Assembly: GCA_964234715.1 (NCBI GenBank) | Contig: OZ174281.1 | Origin: Podarcis melisellensis | Lineage: Eukaryota | DNA length: 64,000 nucleotides | Direction: 5' to 3' (one strand) | Shown: one piece after another, positions 51,488-64,000 of the stretch | How positions within the stretch are numbered: the stretch's first letter is position 1 | Layout of the letters: every line of letters begins with the position of its first letter | Made by a program: the position numbers and the translations under genes | Notes under the pieces: model-generated | What the model was told of the DNA's origin: nothing | Database searches by the model: none | Seen by the model: the letters and a program-made list of their open reading frames with translations, nothing else

Positions 51488-53070
51488 CTGCAGGAAACAC
51501 ACAAAAGTTTTTGTAAACAGTCGCTATAAATAAGCATCCTGAATATGCTCTGTTTTCACATTACACATTAGGAATAAAGTGATGCTAAATTAACTGAAGC
51601 TTTATTCATCATATTTACAGCACAGTTTGTTTTAATCTAAGTCACATTGTGTGTTCAATGGGGCCCAATTCCATGAAAGTGTGTATAGGAATTGAAGTCT
51701 ATCTTACAGGAATATGGGTTTGGGGTTTTTTTTTGGTATTTTCCTTCAATTTATTATTAATCAGACTGGTCACTTCTAAGAGTCCTTAAACCAGGGATAG
51801 AATGGTTGGCATATAAAGGTTTGCTTACATGTATTGCATGCATTTAAAGTCTGGGATAAATCATTCCATGTGATGACCATAGCTCCACTAAATACTAATA
51901 ATACAGGCTATATATTTTTGAATGCCTATATCAGTGCTTACATTATATAGAAATGATGTATACAGAGCATTTAGGGGGGAAATATTTTGGCCAAGGGAAA
52001 AAAAATCTGACGTATAGCTGAAATTCGGAAAAGGCAGCATCTCAACCTGAGTTTTTCACAGGACAGGAAAAAATGTGTTTCCAATTTTCTTGCTGCATAA
52101 AAGCTCCCTGTCTGTAGTCTTGAATGCCAAATGTCAGACTGAAGTGAATTTTTATTACCCACTTACACAGCACTGAGAACACTGTTTCATTATGTAAGTG
52201 CTAGCATAACCAGAGCACAGCTAGCAAAGTAATGCACCTATATAAAACTATATAGTGCCAGCTATGAGATACACGTCCGACATGATGAGATGATAGCATT
52301 TTTTCCATTGTACTGCTGCACAGCCTGAAAAATTCTCAATGAACTGATGAAGGCTAAGCTAGATGTGATACAGGAGACCAGTGACCAGAACGTCTGATAT
52401 GTATTTTCATATTAAAAACATAAGAAGGAGAGACGGTGGAAACTGGATCAGACCTATAGTGCCCAGGGAGATGATCTAATTTTTCCTTCACTTATATTAC
52501 CCCATGAATGCCTATTAGCCATGGTAGGATAAATATGTAGGTACCCATAAAATAAAGCAGAGGGAAAACATTTTATTTTCTACTTGTTTTTACTTTTAAA
52601 GTTTCATTAATATAATCTGTTCACTTGTTTTCCATTGATTTTAGTGACACATCCAGCCATTCTTCTTCTGCCTGTAACTATGGTGTTTGGTTCATTCAAA
52701 TTGCATGACATTCCATACCCCACTTATCTAGGCATCAGACCTGTCAAATTTCAGATATACAGGATAGAGGGTCCTCGTTCTATTCACAATTTTAAAAGGT
52801 GCATAGACACAGCCACCCTAAATATCACCCTGTTTATATCCAGACTAAACAGAGCCTCCCAGTCTGTCAATTTCACTGATTTCCCCCTTTCTGTAGACGC
52901 CATCAATGCTAATCAATGCTCCCAAAGCAGTGAAAAGCAAATGTATGAATAAATGAACCAATTTTCAATTTTCATACTTTCAAGTTCTTATTTGAATAAA
53001 AATGAATGAACAAATATGGGAGCAGGGCTCACTCATTGCACTTTAAAAATGAATGGGAATGTATAAAAGT

Positions 53071-53185
53071 TAGGGCTGCCATATGTCCAGAATTTCCGGA
53101 CACAGCTGGCATTTGTCTGCCAGAAATTGAGTCTAGGCGGAATTTTTTTAATGTCTGGGGAAAACCCGGGCGTATTGCAGCCCTT
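53071..53185. mobile_element. Short DNA-transposon MITE (hAT-like)
   Basis: Ends tagggctgccata / tattgcagccct; no clean TSD. Confidence 0.55.
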
Positions 53186-55460
53186 ATCAGAAGTGGTGTT
53201 GTTTTTGCCGATTTTCCTACCTAAAAAAAAATAGCTAAAACAGAGCTCCACAACTTCAGCAACCATAGTATAAGTTAACACAGGGAGCAAAATAACAAGT
53301 TCTAAAATGTGCTTCTAACTGGGCATAATTTTTCTGCTGCTCATATAGGCCAAGAAATCACACTGGAAGCTCTCTTAGTGCTATGCATTTCCTTGGTTTC
53401 TGATGCAGTTTATATCTGAAAGGAAAAACCTAGTCTAGACACATATTCCATCATGTACTTATTTTGACACGTTCCAATCAACGGAAAAATACTTATGTTG
53501 CAAGAGGAATTTATAATTATACACTCAGCAGTTCTTCTTCTGCTTTTCTCACCCTCCGCCAGGCTTCAACCTCATTTCCCACAGATCAGCATCACTGGGC
53601 AAAGACTGGTGACAGGAAGCTAGTGTTGGTATATCTCATGAAAGGACTGAAGATGCAATGTGGAGTGGGCAATGTGGAGGACAAAGCAGTTCATGTTACA
53701 CTATTCCTTGCAGGGCAACTGAAGGGTAAATCCACTACTGGAGTCACTGAGCCAAATATATGCTATACTCCTGTGAGGTGCCTTTTTATTACAGGTTAAA
53801 TAGCATACAAGTTGTGCTTTGCCTTTTCACATGTGTTCAGAATTGTTTATGGATTATAACTGGTATAATTTTGAATCAGGTGGCCAGAAGCAGTCATTTG
53901 TAGATGACTGTTGGAAGCAAACCCTAGTTTATTGATATGATATTGTTATCCAGAATCTTAAAAATGTAATGCTTACATATGACGATCTAAGTATTATTAT
54001 TTTTTTGAGAACAGATGAAATGAAACAAGATCACCAGGATATCTATTCTATCCCTTATTATAAAATTCTACATAAAGCAGTTTATAGTTAACACCATTTG
54101 GACCAAAGCCTAATGTTAATAATTCTGGCATATTTAATTAAATGATAATGAGAAAGCATTTCTCTTAAATTATTTTAACTCCATCACAGAGAGAAACCAT
54201 CCTCCCACCCTTATTGATTTTGCCACAGAATGAAAATCTTGGACTTGATTTTCAGTGGCAGAGATCCAAATCCCAGTTACACTAGGATACAAAGATTTGT
54301 GTTAATTTAGGCCACAGTTTAAGTAGGGATGAATATATAATTATATTTCTGGTCCATATACATTTTGCTTGAGTTCGTTCATAACTCTGTTCAGCTCCGT
54401 TACTGCATTTATCTGCTTTTAAAAAAGCTATATAAAAATTGTGCTTAAATTATTATTTTATCACAATATTTAAATATATTACATATTTAAATAGATAATT
54501 TATCTCATTGTATGCCATTTGCAAATATATTTTTATCCTAAAATACACATTTTAAATATATTTTGGTATGTTTTTTAAGCCAAGTGCTGTATTACAAAAT
54601 TTGAAGATATATGAAATCCTTATTATACTTACATTCCAATCCAAATCTTAGTCTGGAAAGCTGATTAGGTCAGTTTGCATAGAAATTTACTGAAATCAAT
54701 AAACTGTTATGGAGATATCCAACTAAACACTTCTGCTAAATCCAAGCACTTCTGGCTGCACAAAGGAGCTTCTCCTCCCTTGTCTTCCTCTGCACACCCT
54801 AGCAGAACTATCCATAGCCTTAAGCGTACTTCTTTGTAAGTACATTCCACTGAAATATGTGAAACATATTTCCAAGCAAATGTCTTTAGGGCTAAGGTCC
54901 TAATGTTAGAATTGATATTGGCCACAAGCAGGCTTATCCAATGACTTTGAACTACTTTCCAGACTGTCTTTATGTCTCTTTTTAAAAACATCTGAAGATC
55001 TGTGTCATCACACAGGAAGATTGCGCATGATTAGAAGAAGAGGGTTTGAACTACTGCAGTGGTGGATCTTGTGCATAAAGTATGAATTTCTAAAGAGTCA
55101 GTTCTTCATAAGTCATCCATTGAGTTGATTCATGCACCTTGAGCCCTACTACAAACATAAGCACACTGAAAGCCACTGGAATCAATGGGGTTAAGTAATC
55201 TTAAATCTATGTTAGATTGTGGCCGGAACCTTGGCTGGCACCCTCTTCAGTCTTCCATATCATGCTTAACAAATGAGTGCTCCCTAAATACATAAAGGTA
55301 GTCTGGCTACCATGGTGAAATTATGTACTGAGAGAATGAATGAAGAGTGCTGTCTCTTGATTAAAAGAAGCAAAGCTTGAGTATTCTTACGCTCTCTCTT
55401 CTTTCAGAAGAAGAAAGTTACAGAACTGTCTCTTCAGAAGTTTCAGTTAATTTACTGTAC

Positions 55461-55516
55461 CTTGCCTTCCTGGATGGTGACAACGTCGGGGAGCCCTCCA
55501 AGCACCCGGGCACGAT
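55461..55516 (-). CDS. MYOM1: MYOM1 exon
   Basis: (N)RARVLGGLPDVVTIQEGK; cag/gtaca. Confidence 0.95.
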
Positions 55517-55861
55517 CTGAAAATACATTAGCACATTTTTCTTTGTTGTCTGCAAAACAATCTCTGCCCTAGATTTCAATTCCCCTCTAGTGCCTTTCTT
55601 TTATCTCATACTTCTACAAGCTGCCGGTGATGAATGCAAACTGAGAAAGATATTTGGTATTTCCAGCTCGCTTTACTCGAAGTGAAAGCAATGTGAAATT
55701 TACTTGGGATGTTGCATGGTTAATGTTTGACTGCCAAGCCCTGGCTCCATTAATGAAAGATGGACAGGTAGATCTTTCAATGCCACAAGCTGAACAAGGA
55801 GGGTTTTCATCTGATGTGCCTAAATTTAAAAGCCAGTAATAGTGCAAGTAAAGGCTCAACA

Positions 55862-56207
55862 GGGATGCGGATGGCGCTGTGGTCTAAACCACAGAGCCTA
55901 GGGGTTGCCGATCAGAAGGTTGGTGGTTCGAATCCCCGCAACGGGGTGAGCTCCCGTTGTTCGGTCCCAGCACCTGCCAACCTAGCAGTTCGAAAGCACG
56001 TCAAAGTGCAAGTAGGTAAATAGGTAAGGTAAATGGTGTTTCCGTGCGCTGCTCTGGTTCACCAGAAGAGGTTTAGTCATGCTGGCCACATGACCCAGAA
56101 GCTGTCTGTGGACAAACGCCAGCTCCCTCGGCCTATAGAGCGAGATGAGCGTGCAACCCCAGAGTCGTCTGCGACTGGACCTGACGGTCAGGGGGTACCT
56201 TTACCTT
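55862..56207 (+). mobile_element. Sauria SINE
   Basis: A box and B box (GGTTCGAATCC), tail acctttacctt, perfect 13-bp TSD taaaggctcaaca. Confidence 0.88.
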
Positions 56208-56419
56208 TAAAGGCTCAACACATCACAGTTCTTGAAGTGCAAGCTGTTATGGTCATTCACCACTGCTGGATTTCTTAACTTTTTGATAAAATGGAGCTTC
56301 CATCAGAAGCAGCAGGACCAAGTCCAGTTCTCAAGCTTTTCTTATTGGTCTTATGAATAAATCTTAGCCTGTGCTCTCTTGTCCTGATATTATGCATTTT
56401 CCAAGCCCCGCTTACCATC

Positions 56420-56590
56420 AAAGGTAGCTGTCTTATCCTGAGGCAGGCCATTAGCCTATCTATTCCAGTAATTTTCTACACTGGCAGTAGTTCTCCAGGG
56501 TTTCAGACAGGAATCTTTTCCCAGACCTACCTAAAGTTGCCAAGGGTTGAACCTGGAACCTTTTTATGGAAACCATGTGCAACAGCCTCC
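56420..56590 (-). mobile_element. Degenerate Squam3-like SINE
   Basis: ctccagggtttcagacagg...ggttgaacctggaacc is the reverse complement of the family core. Confidence 0.6.
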
Positions 56591-57468
56591 TCATGTAGCT
56601 GCTACTCTCAAGGGTGGGGAAGTGTATAATGCTGCAACATCATGGCCATATTTAAGTTTTATTATGCATTATGACCGAGAGAGAAATTGACATGTCTGCC
56701 ACTTTGTGGCTGACATGTGACAACTTAGTGTGTAGCATACAGTAGTTATATCTTTTATTACACAGACGGTGACCATTTTGTGCACATCCAACTGATGTGT
56801 CTGCCAATGTGTGGGTCCTTTCAGACCTGGAAGAGGGCAGAACGGAGGCAGAATGGGGAGAGAAACAGGGGTGAAATGGGATATAACAGGGGCTTATGTG
56901 TGCTACACCAACATGCACGGGGGCCAGGTATGAAACCCCCCCACAAAATCGTCACCACCTATAATTTTGCTGTAAGCTGTGCTGGGAGCCCACTAAAGGG
57001 CAAAATATAAATACCATAAATATATAAATGGCATCAAAGTAGAATTGCATTCAAAGGCATACACATAACAATACTGCTAGAAAAGTACAGTTGTGGGTGA
57101 CAAACTGTTCCATTTTGTGGCTTGGCTACTTACAATGAATGTTGATTGATGGGCAATCAAGGCCAGCAAGGAATAAAAAGCACTCCCATATGCTACGGTG
57201 TAGGCTAAGGGAAGCAGTTCTGCCCTTCTTGCACATGGTAGGCAAGAAGCAGTCTCTATAGGGATGCTAAAGTGGGGCAGTGAGTGTGAGGGGAACACAG
57301 ATAACGGCTTCATGACTAGTTCAGCCTGTCTGAATGCCTGCTAGTGATCAACCTGTAGATTTCTAAACAGAAATACTCTTTTCAAAAGGAAGCTACATTG
57401 AAATTTCCTACTGGCAGTACAGCATCCTATTGATAGTCAAGGCAGACACCAACTGACAATCCACTTAC

Positions 57469-57491
57469 TTTTCTCTGCAATCGCCAATGCT
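57469..57491 (-). CDS. MYOM1: MYOM1 23-nt microexon
   Basis: tttcag|A GCA TTG GCG ATT GCA GAG AAA A|gtaag = (K)ALAIAEK(N); needed to keep frame. Confidence 0.9.
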
Positions 57492-58277
57492 CTGAAATTG
57501 AAAAAGACAAAAAAAGGCATCCTCAGTTTCATTTGATGTTAAAAGTATGGAGACGGAAAGAAGTTACTCTTTATATATTTCACATTACACACCCCCACAC
57601 TCCCACACTGTTGACCTAAATCTGTCTGCAAACGATTCAATGTGATGACACAATTTCTCATAACATATCAGCATAGTTTTAATGATGTTTTTATACATAT
57701 CATGTAAACACTCATAACAACACAGGACATAGATTTCTCTGTCTTCTAATGCTGAAACTAGTCTTGACCAATGGAAAAATCACTGATTTTTTGTTTTAAT
57801 GCTAATAAAAGCTGAACAATGGAATAACTTTCTGTCAAAAATCGGGGGGGGGGGCAATTAAAGTTCCCCAGAATGCCATACCGCCTTCTTTAGGGAAGCC
57901 TTAGCTCCCAAGCTGGAGTCCAGGTCCTCAGCTCAACCCAGGACCTTTCCACAGCAACATTTGTCATACTTTATATCCCCCTGTACTTCTCTCCACCAGA
58001 ACCTGACTTGCGAATGGGTATAAAGTCCAGGCTGCTTCCTCCTCTCCTTCCACAGTGGGAAATCCTCTCAAACATCTGGGCTGCTGATGCTCTCTCCCCC
58101 CCCCCCCTTGCTCTCTAAGTGGTCAGGATGAGTGAGATTGTGCAACTGTCACTTCTGGTCATGCTTACTCCTAGCAATGTTGTGGGTGCCATCAGTGGCC
58201 ATCTCTGAGCCCCACACTTTCTAAAACAGAACCCCCATTATCCTATTTAGATGGTATCTTCCATGAATTATACTTAC

Positions 58278-58314
58278 TTTAACCTCTGGAATTCAGCAAA
58301 GGCTTCATCAAAGG
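58278..58314 (-). CDS. MYOM1: MYOM1 37-nt exon
   Basis: (A)FDEAFAEFQRL(K); aag/gtaag. Confidence 0.93.
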
Positions 58315-58840
58315 CTTAAAAAAAGAGAACAGGATTAAGTTAATAGTTTTTATAAATATAATTTGTGTGGATATTTCTTTATTGAGTTTTCTTTGGATTT
58401 GGTGGTTTGCTGACAGAAAACGAACCATGGTTAGCCTTCTGGAATGGCTATGGATGTGACAAAAAAAGGAAAAACCATGGTGGGGCATTATGTGGAAATT
58501 GGGACACTGTTGTGTCCTGCCTTTTATTATTTTAACGATGCAAATTATTGTTCCTTGGATTCCTTGGATTTCTCCTGCTGCTTTAAGTACCTCTGTAAGG
58601 AGGGGGAAATATTTAAAATGAAATATTAACAAACAAAAACTTATCAGCCATAAACTCCACAGCCTAGTATGCTCTTGAAGCTCAAGTTGTGAGGAGCCCA
58701 GCAGGCCTACAAGCTCTAACTCAGCCTATTGGGAGTTACATTGAGAATCATATAACCAGAAGAGTAAGAGCCATTGTCATTTTTCTCAGTTTCTGCATTA
58801 AAAAATAGAAGGTATGATAAAGAAAAAGGAATCTATCTAC

Positions 58841-59004
58841 CTTGCCCAGAAAGATCCACTGTCTTTGTGTGTCCAGTTTTGCCATCAAAGAGCTCCAATA
58901 TATATCTTCCCTTGTCGCTGGGTGTTGGCTCATTAATTTGCAACCAGATTTGCTCCCCAGTAACACCAGTCTTAACTCTTTCTGTATACTTCATTTTAAC
59001 ATCA
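58841..59004 (-). CDS. MYOM1: MYOM1 exon (Ig domain)
   Basis: DVKMKYTERVKTGVTGEQIWLQINEPTPSDKGRYILELFDGKTGHTKTVDLSGQ; cag/gtaga. Confidence 0.96.
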
Positions 59005-60197
59005 CTGGGAAAAGAAGAACAAGGAAACCAAGTTGAGACACAAGTTTTAGATAAATTCTATTAAAGATAATGGCCTGTCAAAGTAACATTTCTGTGCTAG
59101 CTCTATTTTCTTTCAGTAAGAGACAATGCCATATGCTTCAAAGGAGTTTTTTCCAATATGACTTCAAAAGATTGTCTTCAGTCTACAGCTGCTGTGCCTG
59201 TCAAACTTGAACCTCAGCACATATTCCCTTGCAGGAATATCAAGACTAAAGCAGGAGTTATGATTAAAGGTTAGCATTTAAACTATCACAGTGGTATTGA
59301 CTGTGTGCACTTAAAACCAACTGTGGGGTGCTAAAAGCTGCTCTGCCTAACACAGGCGCTCCTGCTTCATGCACCTTCTGGGTACTTTCGAGCCATTCAG
59401 AAAGGATCCACTGCTCATGATGTCAGCAATCTCCCTATAAAAGGAAGGCACAGACCAAGTGTAGGGAACTGTTTTCAGCCGATGGGCCAGACACCCCAAA
59501 CCCTCAATACCTGCTGATCATAAATTTTCAAGTTATCAGGTGATGTTTGCAGTTATTACATAATATGTAACTGGTAAGGGCATTGTGCCCTTACTTTCCC
59601 AAACCAACAACACAGAAAAATTAGAAGAAGCAACCATTTGCATACCTCTCTAAACAAGAACGGTGGTGCAGTTGAAGAAGACTAGCACTAGTATTGCCCC
59701 CAAAATTTATTCACTTGTTGATTTTATATCTTTAATAATGTGCTTTATTCTTGTGGGAATGTGTTTTGTTTGTGTGAGGCTTTGCAAATCGTTTTTTTAT
59801 ATATATAAAAGGGGTTGTAGAAGTCAATTAAATAAAATAAACAAATACATAAACTAGGTGTGACACTTTCTGAGGTAGCAGTCCTAAGAACGCTTACTTG
59901 ACTGCAAATCCTATTGAGTTCAGAGGGAGGTATTTTGCTGCATAAACATGCTGTGTCTGATCTCACCAAGGATCACTTGCTTGGCCCTGGAGTTGTCTGA
60001 GGTTGATCACATATCATCTGCATATCTGAGCCACAGGCACAGCACAGCATGTATACAAAAAATTGGTTGCATTAAGCTGATTCAAAGCCAGCATGGAGTT
60101 ATTCAGCACTCTGGATGTGCCCTACATTTAAATGTGTATAGAATGTTCCTGTTGAATGAGATCTTAATTACTGTACTGGCAAGAGCTCACCCACTTA

Positions 60198-60368
<171 letters not shown>

Positions 60369-60400
60369 TCATCAGGAGAAGGGGGGAATTAAATACTCAC

Positions 60401-60439
60401 CAATCACTTTGCATACTTCCGTCATCAAATCTGCAAAAG
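60401..60439 (-). CDS. MYOM1: MYOM1 39-nt exon
   Basis: (A)FADLMTEVCKVI; cag/gtgag. Confidence 0.92.
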
Positions 60440-60902
60440 CTGTGGAAACAAATCCAGAGACTGAGACTAAGTGTTCCCAGATCAGACATGCCTGGTTGTA
60501 GCTGAATGCTGTCCTGAAGTTCCCTGGCTAATCTGGAGCATTCCTGCAAGTAGATTCCTGCAGGAAATCTGAGTTGCCTTTTAAAATGTGCTGCAAAGAT
60601 TCTTAAGGAGTTTGCATGTTTCCTTCATGGTTTTAATGTCATGCTAAACCCCTTTGTTTCTGTTTGGTATTATTGTACTTCAAAAGAACATCCCTTTATA
60701 AAAGAGACAGGTTTTGAAACTTGTGCAGTTTATGCCTAACAAAGAAGTCTTCTTTAGAATTCACCTAACTACAAAGTAATTCAAGTGACTGCTTAGGGAA
60801 GAATCACTGGTGGATAGAGGAAGCAATATTTAAGCTGTGCCTCAACAGAGTATGGTGACATTGCCTCTTGTATCTTGCAATCCAAGATGTAAATAGGAAG
60901 AC

Positions 60903-61070
60903 AGAAAAGTGCCTTATACTAGGCGAGACCACAGATCCATCTAGAATAGTATTGTTTATCTGGCAGAGAGTCTCTAGGGGTTCAGACAGAAATCTTCCCC
61001 AGCCCCAGGGACACCAGGGAGACATCAGGGACCTTCTGCATGCAAAGGACCACAAATGCTATGGTCCTCC
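60903..61070 (-). mobile_element. Degenerate Squam3-like SINE
   Basis: gccttatact...ggttcagacag...gggaccttctgcatgcaaag. Confidence 0.55.
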
Positions 61071-61669
61071 TGGGCATCCTTATGTAGTCCCTGAGGGTAT
61101 CAAAACAGCTTAGGCTCCCCCTAGTTTCCTTCTAGAGACACAAATCACAATTGCAAAACAGAAAGGGTTCACTAACATGAAATGAATTTAGAAAAGAGCT
61201 GGATAAAATAAACGATTAGTTTAAAAAATGGAATTCCTGGCTCCACAAACTGAACATTAAAGATCATCATCACCATCAGAGCTTTCTTTCAGCCTGAACT
61301 CATCAGAACTCAGTTCTGGCACCTCTCAGGTGGACACCATTTTCATTATAAAAGAACAAGGGAAGTTTTCGTGGTGGGTTCTGGTACCTCTTTTTCTAGA
61401 AAACAGCACCGATGACCATAATCTGGTTTTATACCACCCTTCCTTTCATACGAGCACAGTCCACTAAGGAACTACACAAATAATGGAGGACTGGGATGTA
61501 CAATCAGAAAACTCTTCTGGAAATTTTTTAAAAACTGTTTTGCTGCTGATTCCTTGTGAAACTAAGGCCACAATCTTACACACAATTACTTAGAAATAAG
61601 TCAGATTGAATCCACAGGTGCTTATTTCCAAGTAAACAGAAACAGCACAATTTTACACGTTATTCTCAC

Positions 61670-61757
61670 CTGTGTCCAGAAGCTTCAATATGCTCTTGTC
61701 CTTCCCTCTGTCATCCTTCAATATTACTTCATATATACCAGCATCTTTCTTAGAAAA
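61670..61757 (-). CDS. MYOM1: MYOM1 exon
   Basis: FSKKDAGIYEVILKDDRGKDKSILKLLDT; cag/gtgag. Confidence 0.96.
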
Positions 61758-61874
61758 CTGTGAACAAAATAAAATCAAGCAGTAGCAACACCTTTTCATC
61801 TCTGGAAGCACTGCCCATTTAGGAAATCTGCCACATCTGAAGTGGAAGCATCAAGGGAGAAGGGGGCCACTCAC

Positions 61875-61988
61875 CTCTGTTATCAGCAGAGTACATACGC
61901 CATCCTTAAAGTCATGTTCTTCATCAACCATTATCTCTCTTTCATCTTTGTACCAAACAATGTGCGTTTCTTTCTTGATATTGGCTAC
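61875..61988 (-). CDS. MYOM1: MYOM1 exon
   Basis: VANIKKETHIVWYKDEREIMVDEEHDFKDGVCTLLITE; tag/gtgag. Confidence 0.96.
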
Positions 61989-62264
61989 CTAAAATGAAAG
62001 TATGCTAATGTACTTTCTTTTATATAGAAAACATGTATCAAACAGCCTGCTTTGGGTAGCAAAACATGAACAAACAATGCAGAAAGTAGATAAAGATTCT
62101 TCAAACCATTTGTTCACACGGTTCTTGGTCTTGAGGCCAAAAACAAGCATCCTATATCTACTATTCGCTATATATTTTGGAAAGTTGTTTGTTCAACTTT
62201 AAGACATCATAACCAAATTTGTAATGTGATTTCAAAGTACAGATCAATATTTGAGAAGGCAATA

Positions 62265-62476
62265 CAGTAGTACCTTGGTTCTCAAACAGCTTAGTTGTCG
62301 AACAAATCGGCTCCCGAATGGCGCAAACCCGGAAGTAAGTGTTCCTGTTTGCAAACGTTTTTCGGAATCCGAATGTGCGACATGGCTTCCACTTAAGTGC
62401 AGGAAGCTCCTGCAGCCAATCGGAAGCCACACCTTGGTTTTTGAATGGATTAAATTCGAGAACCAAGGTACCACTG
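62265..62476. mobile_element. Tc1/mariner-type MITE, second family
   Basis: TIRs cagtagtaccttggttctc / gagaaccaaggtaccactg, TA TSD, CpG-retaining interior. Confidence 0.85.
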
Positions 62477-62631
62477 TACTGGATCTGTGATAGCGACCAT
62501 TAGGTTTCTGATCAGTGTACAATCCTGGATTCTGTAAATGCACCCAAGAGGCAGCTGACCACTAACAGATCTTGTGTTTGCAACTTGTGCTTCTTCTATC
62601 ACAAACTACCCAAACTGTAGCTGTTTCTTAC

Positions 62632-62699
62632 CTTGCATTTCAGTAACACATTGCATTCAGGGGTAACTTCCCATCCCAGATACTCAACAAAATGTGGAC
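62632..62699 (-). CDS. MYOM1: MYOM1 exon (most 5' one visible; gene continues beyond window)
   Basis: (G)PHFVEYLGWEVTPECNVLLKCK; cag/gtaag. Confidence 0.95.
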
Positions 62700-64000
62700 C
62701 TGTTTGAAATGATATGCAAAATAAATCCACTCAGAAATTATGAAACAGACAGAATCAAATATATTTTTTCAAACTACTCTCTATTTTTTATATTCTCTAG
62801 ATTTGTTGTTGTTGCGCTGCAAGAGCTGAGCACAAACAGCCCCTCAAAATTCCTCCCCCAATTTGTGGAAAGATGAAGTGTGGGGACCATTATACAGAAG
62901 TTCTGCAGGAGGAGGATAAATTCTTGGGGGTGGGGCGCACCATTAACTGTGGCATTACAGTTAATACAGCTTCTTTCTCTTCCCCTAAGGATTTATTGCT
63001 GCTGTCGCAACTGTGCTGGCACTCTGGCCTCCCTTTTGTACCCTCCACAATAGGGATAGGAGGATCTGTCAATTTCATTTCTTTCAGTTTCAAATTTTCC
63101 CAATCTTAAATTCTTCTTTTTTTCCATATTTCTGTAGCGAGTTGTTTTTCTTTAAATCCTTATGGGAATTCTTCAGCATTCTAGTGCAAATTTCTCCTAA
63201 TAAATACATTTTTGTATGCAGTTTTGACTAGTATTTTGCATGTATTCTTCTAATATAATAGATTTGGGTATGTTATTTTCACTAATAAGTTCATTTTTAT
63301 ACACATTTCACCTTAATATATGCATTGTTGTAAAAAAATTGGTTGGAGACTGCATCAGAATCTTCAGTGGGAATTTTCTCTTATTGTTTCAGAAACTGCA
63401 AATTTGAGAAATTCAGCTTTATCCTCCATCCCTACTTTTATAGCTCCCTAGACATGGCAATGTAAAGGGTGAAAGCTGCTAGCAATAAATAAACAAATGG
63501 CGAAGCACATTCAGGGAAAATTATGCAAAGTGGTCTTCTTTTTGCTAAGGCAGGGGTGTGGAATTGCTGACCAGTCTGGTCCCTCCTTCTCCCACACTCC
63601 TGTAGGCCAACTTTGACAAACTGATGGAGCTGTCCACCTGCAAGCACCTAACATCATTATAACATCAGGCGAGAACTTGAAAGGGGATTGCCGAACACCT
63701 TTGAAGGGCTGGCTGTCAGGGCCAATCAGCATTCAAAAGGGATGGCTCTCAGTACTGATCAGCTTATGAGCACTGAGACCAATCCTTCTTGAAGTCTGTT
63801 TGGCAAGTGGTTTGAATACAAACCACCTGCAAACAGACTTCAAGAGGAAAGTTCTCAGTCATTCAGAGGATTACTCTTGAAATCTAGTGAGTAATAAAAA
63901 TAAAAATATAATAATTGCCTTTTTAAATGCCCTTTAAAAATTTGTTCATTAAATTTTAGATATACGGAACTGAATTAAATCAGCTGAAATGTTTCAATAG

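Noticed and set aside
55862-55945. tRNA-like A/B boxes
   Set aside because: SINE head with body, tail and TSD; not a tRNA gene.

Overview
Vertebrate genomic DNA, most likely a lacertid-type lizard (inferred from Sauria-SINE and other squamate repeats). It holds the conserved EMILIN2-LPIN2-MYOM1 block. On + are the last four coding exons of EMILIN2 (1507-6388). On - is a complete LPIN2 gene: a CpG-island first exon near 43 kb, 19 coding exons from 34258 to 11113 (2676 nt, 891 aa, all GT-AG), and a 3'UTR of about 3.2 kb. Also on - are the last ten coding exons of MYOM1 (62699-51188). Introns carry SINEs, LINE fragments, MITEs and Penelope-like (PLE) remnants. The most notable non-genic signal is a perfect 90-bp inverted repeat inserted in a (TA)n tract in LPIN2 intron 1 (35022-35208); each arm carries a minimal PLE-type hammerhead ribozyme core. 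Two other decayed hammerheads lie near 3.8 kb and 21.5 kb. Other leads: a 9-aa repeat array in EMILIN2, an in-frame TAA just upstream of the LPIN2 ATG, and a perfect kappaB site in the LPIN2 promoter. I found no clearly new multi-gene system. Gene and repeat names come from my recognition of the sequences, not from database searches.
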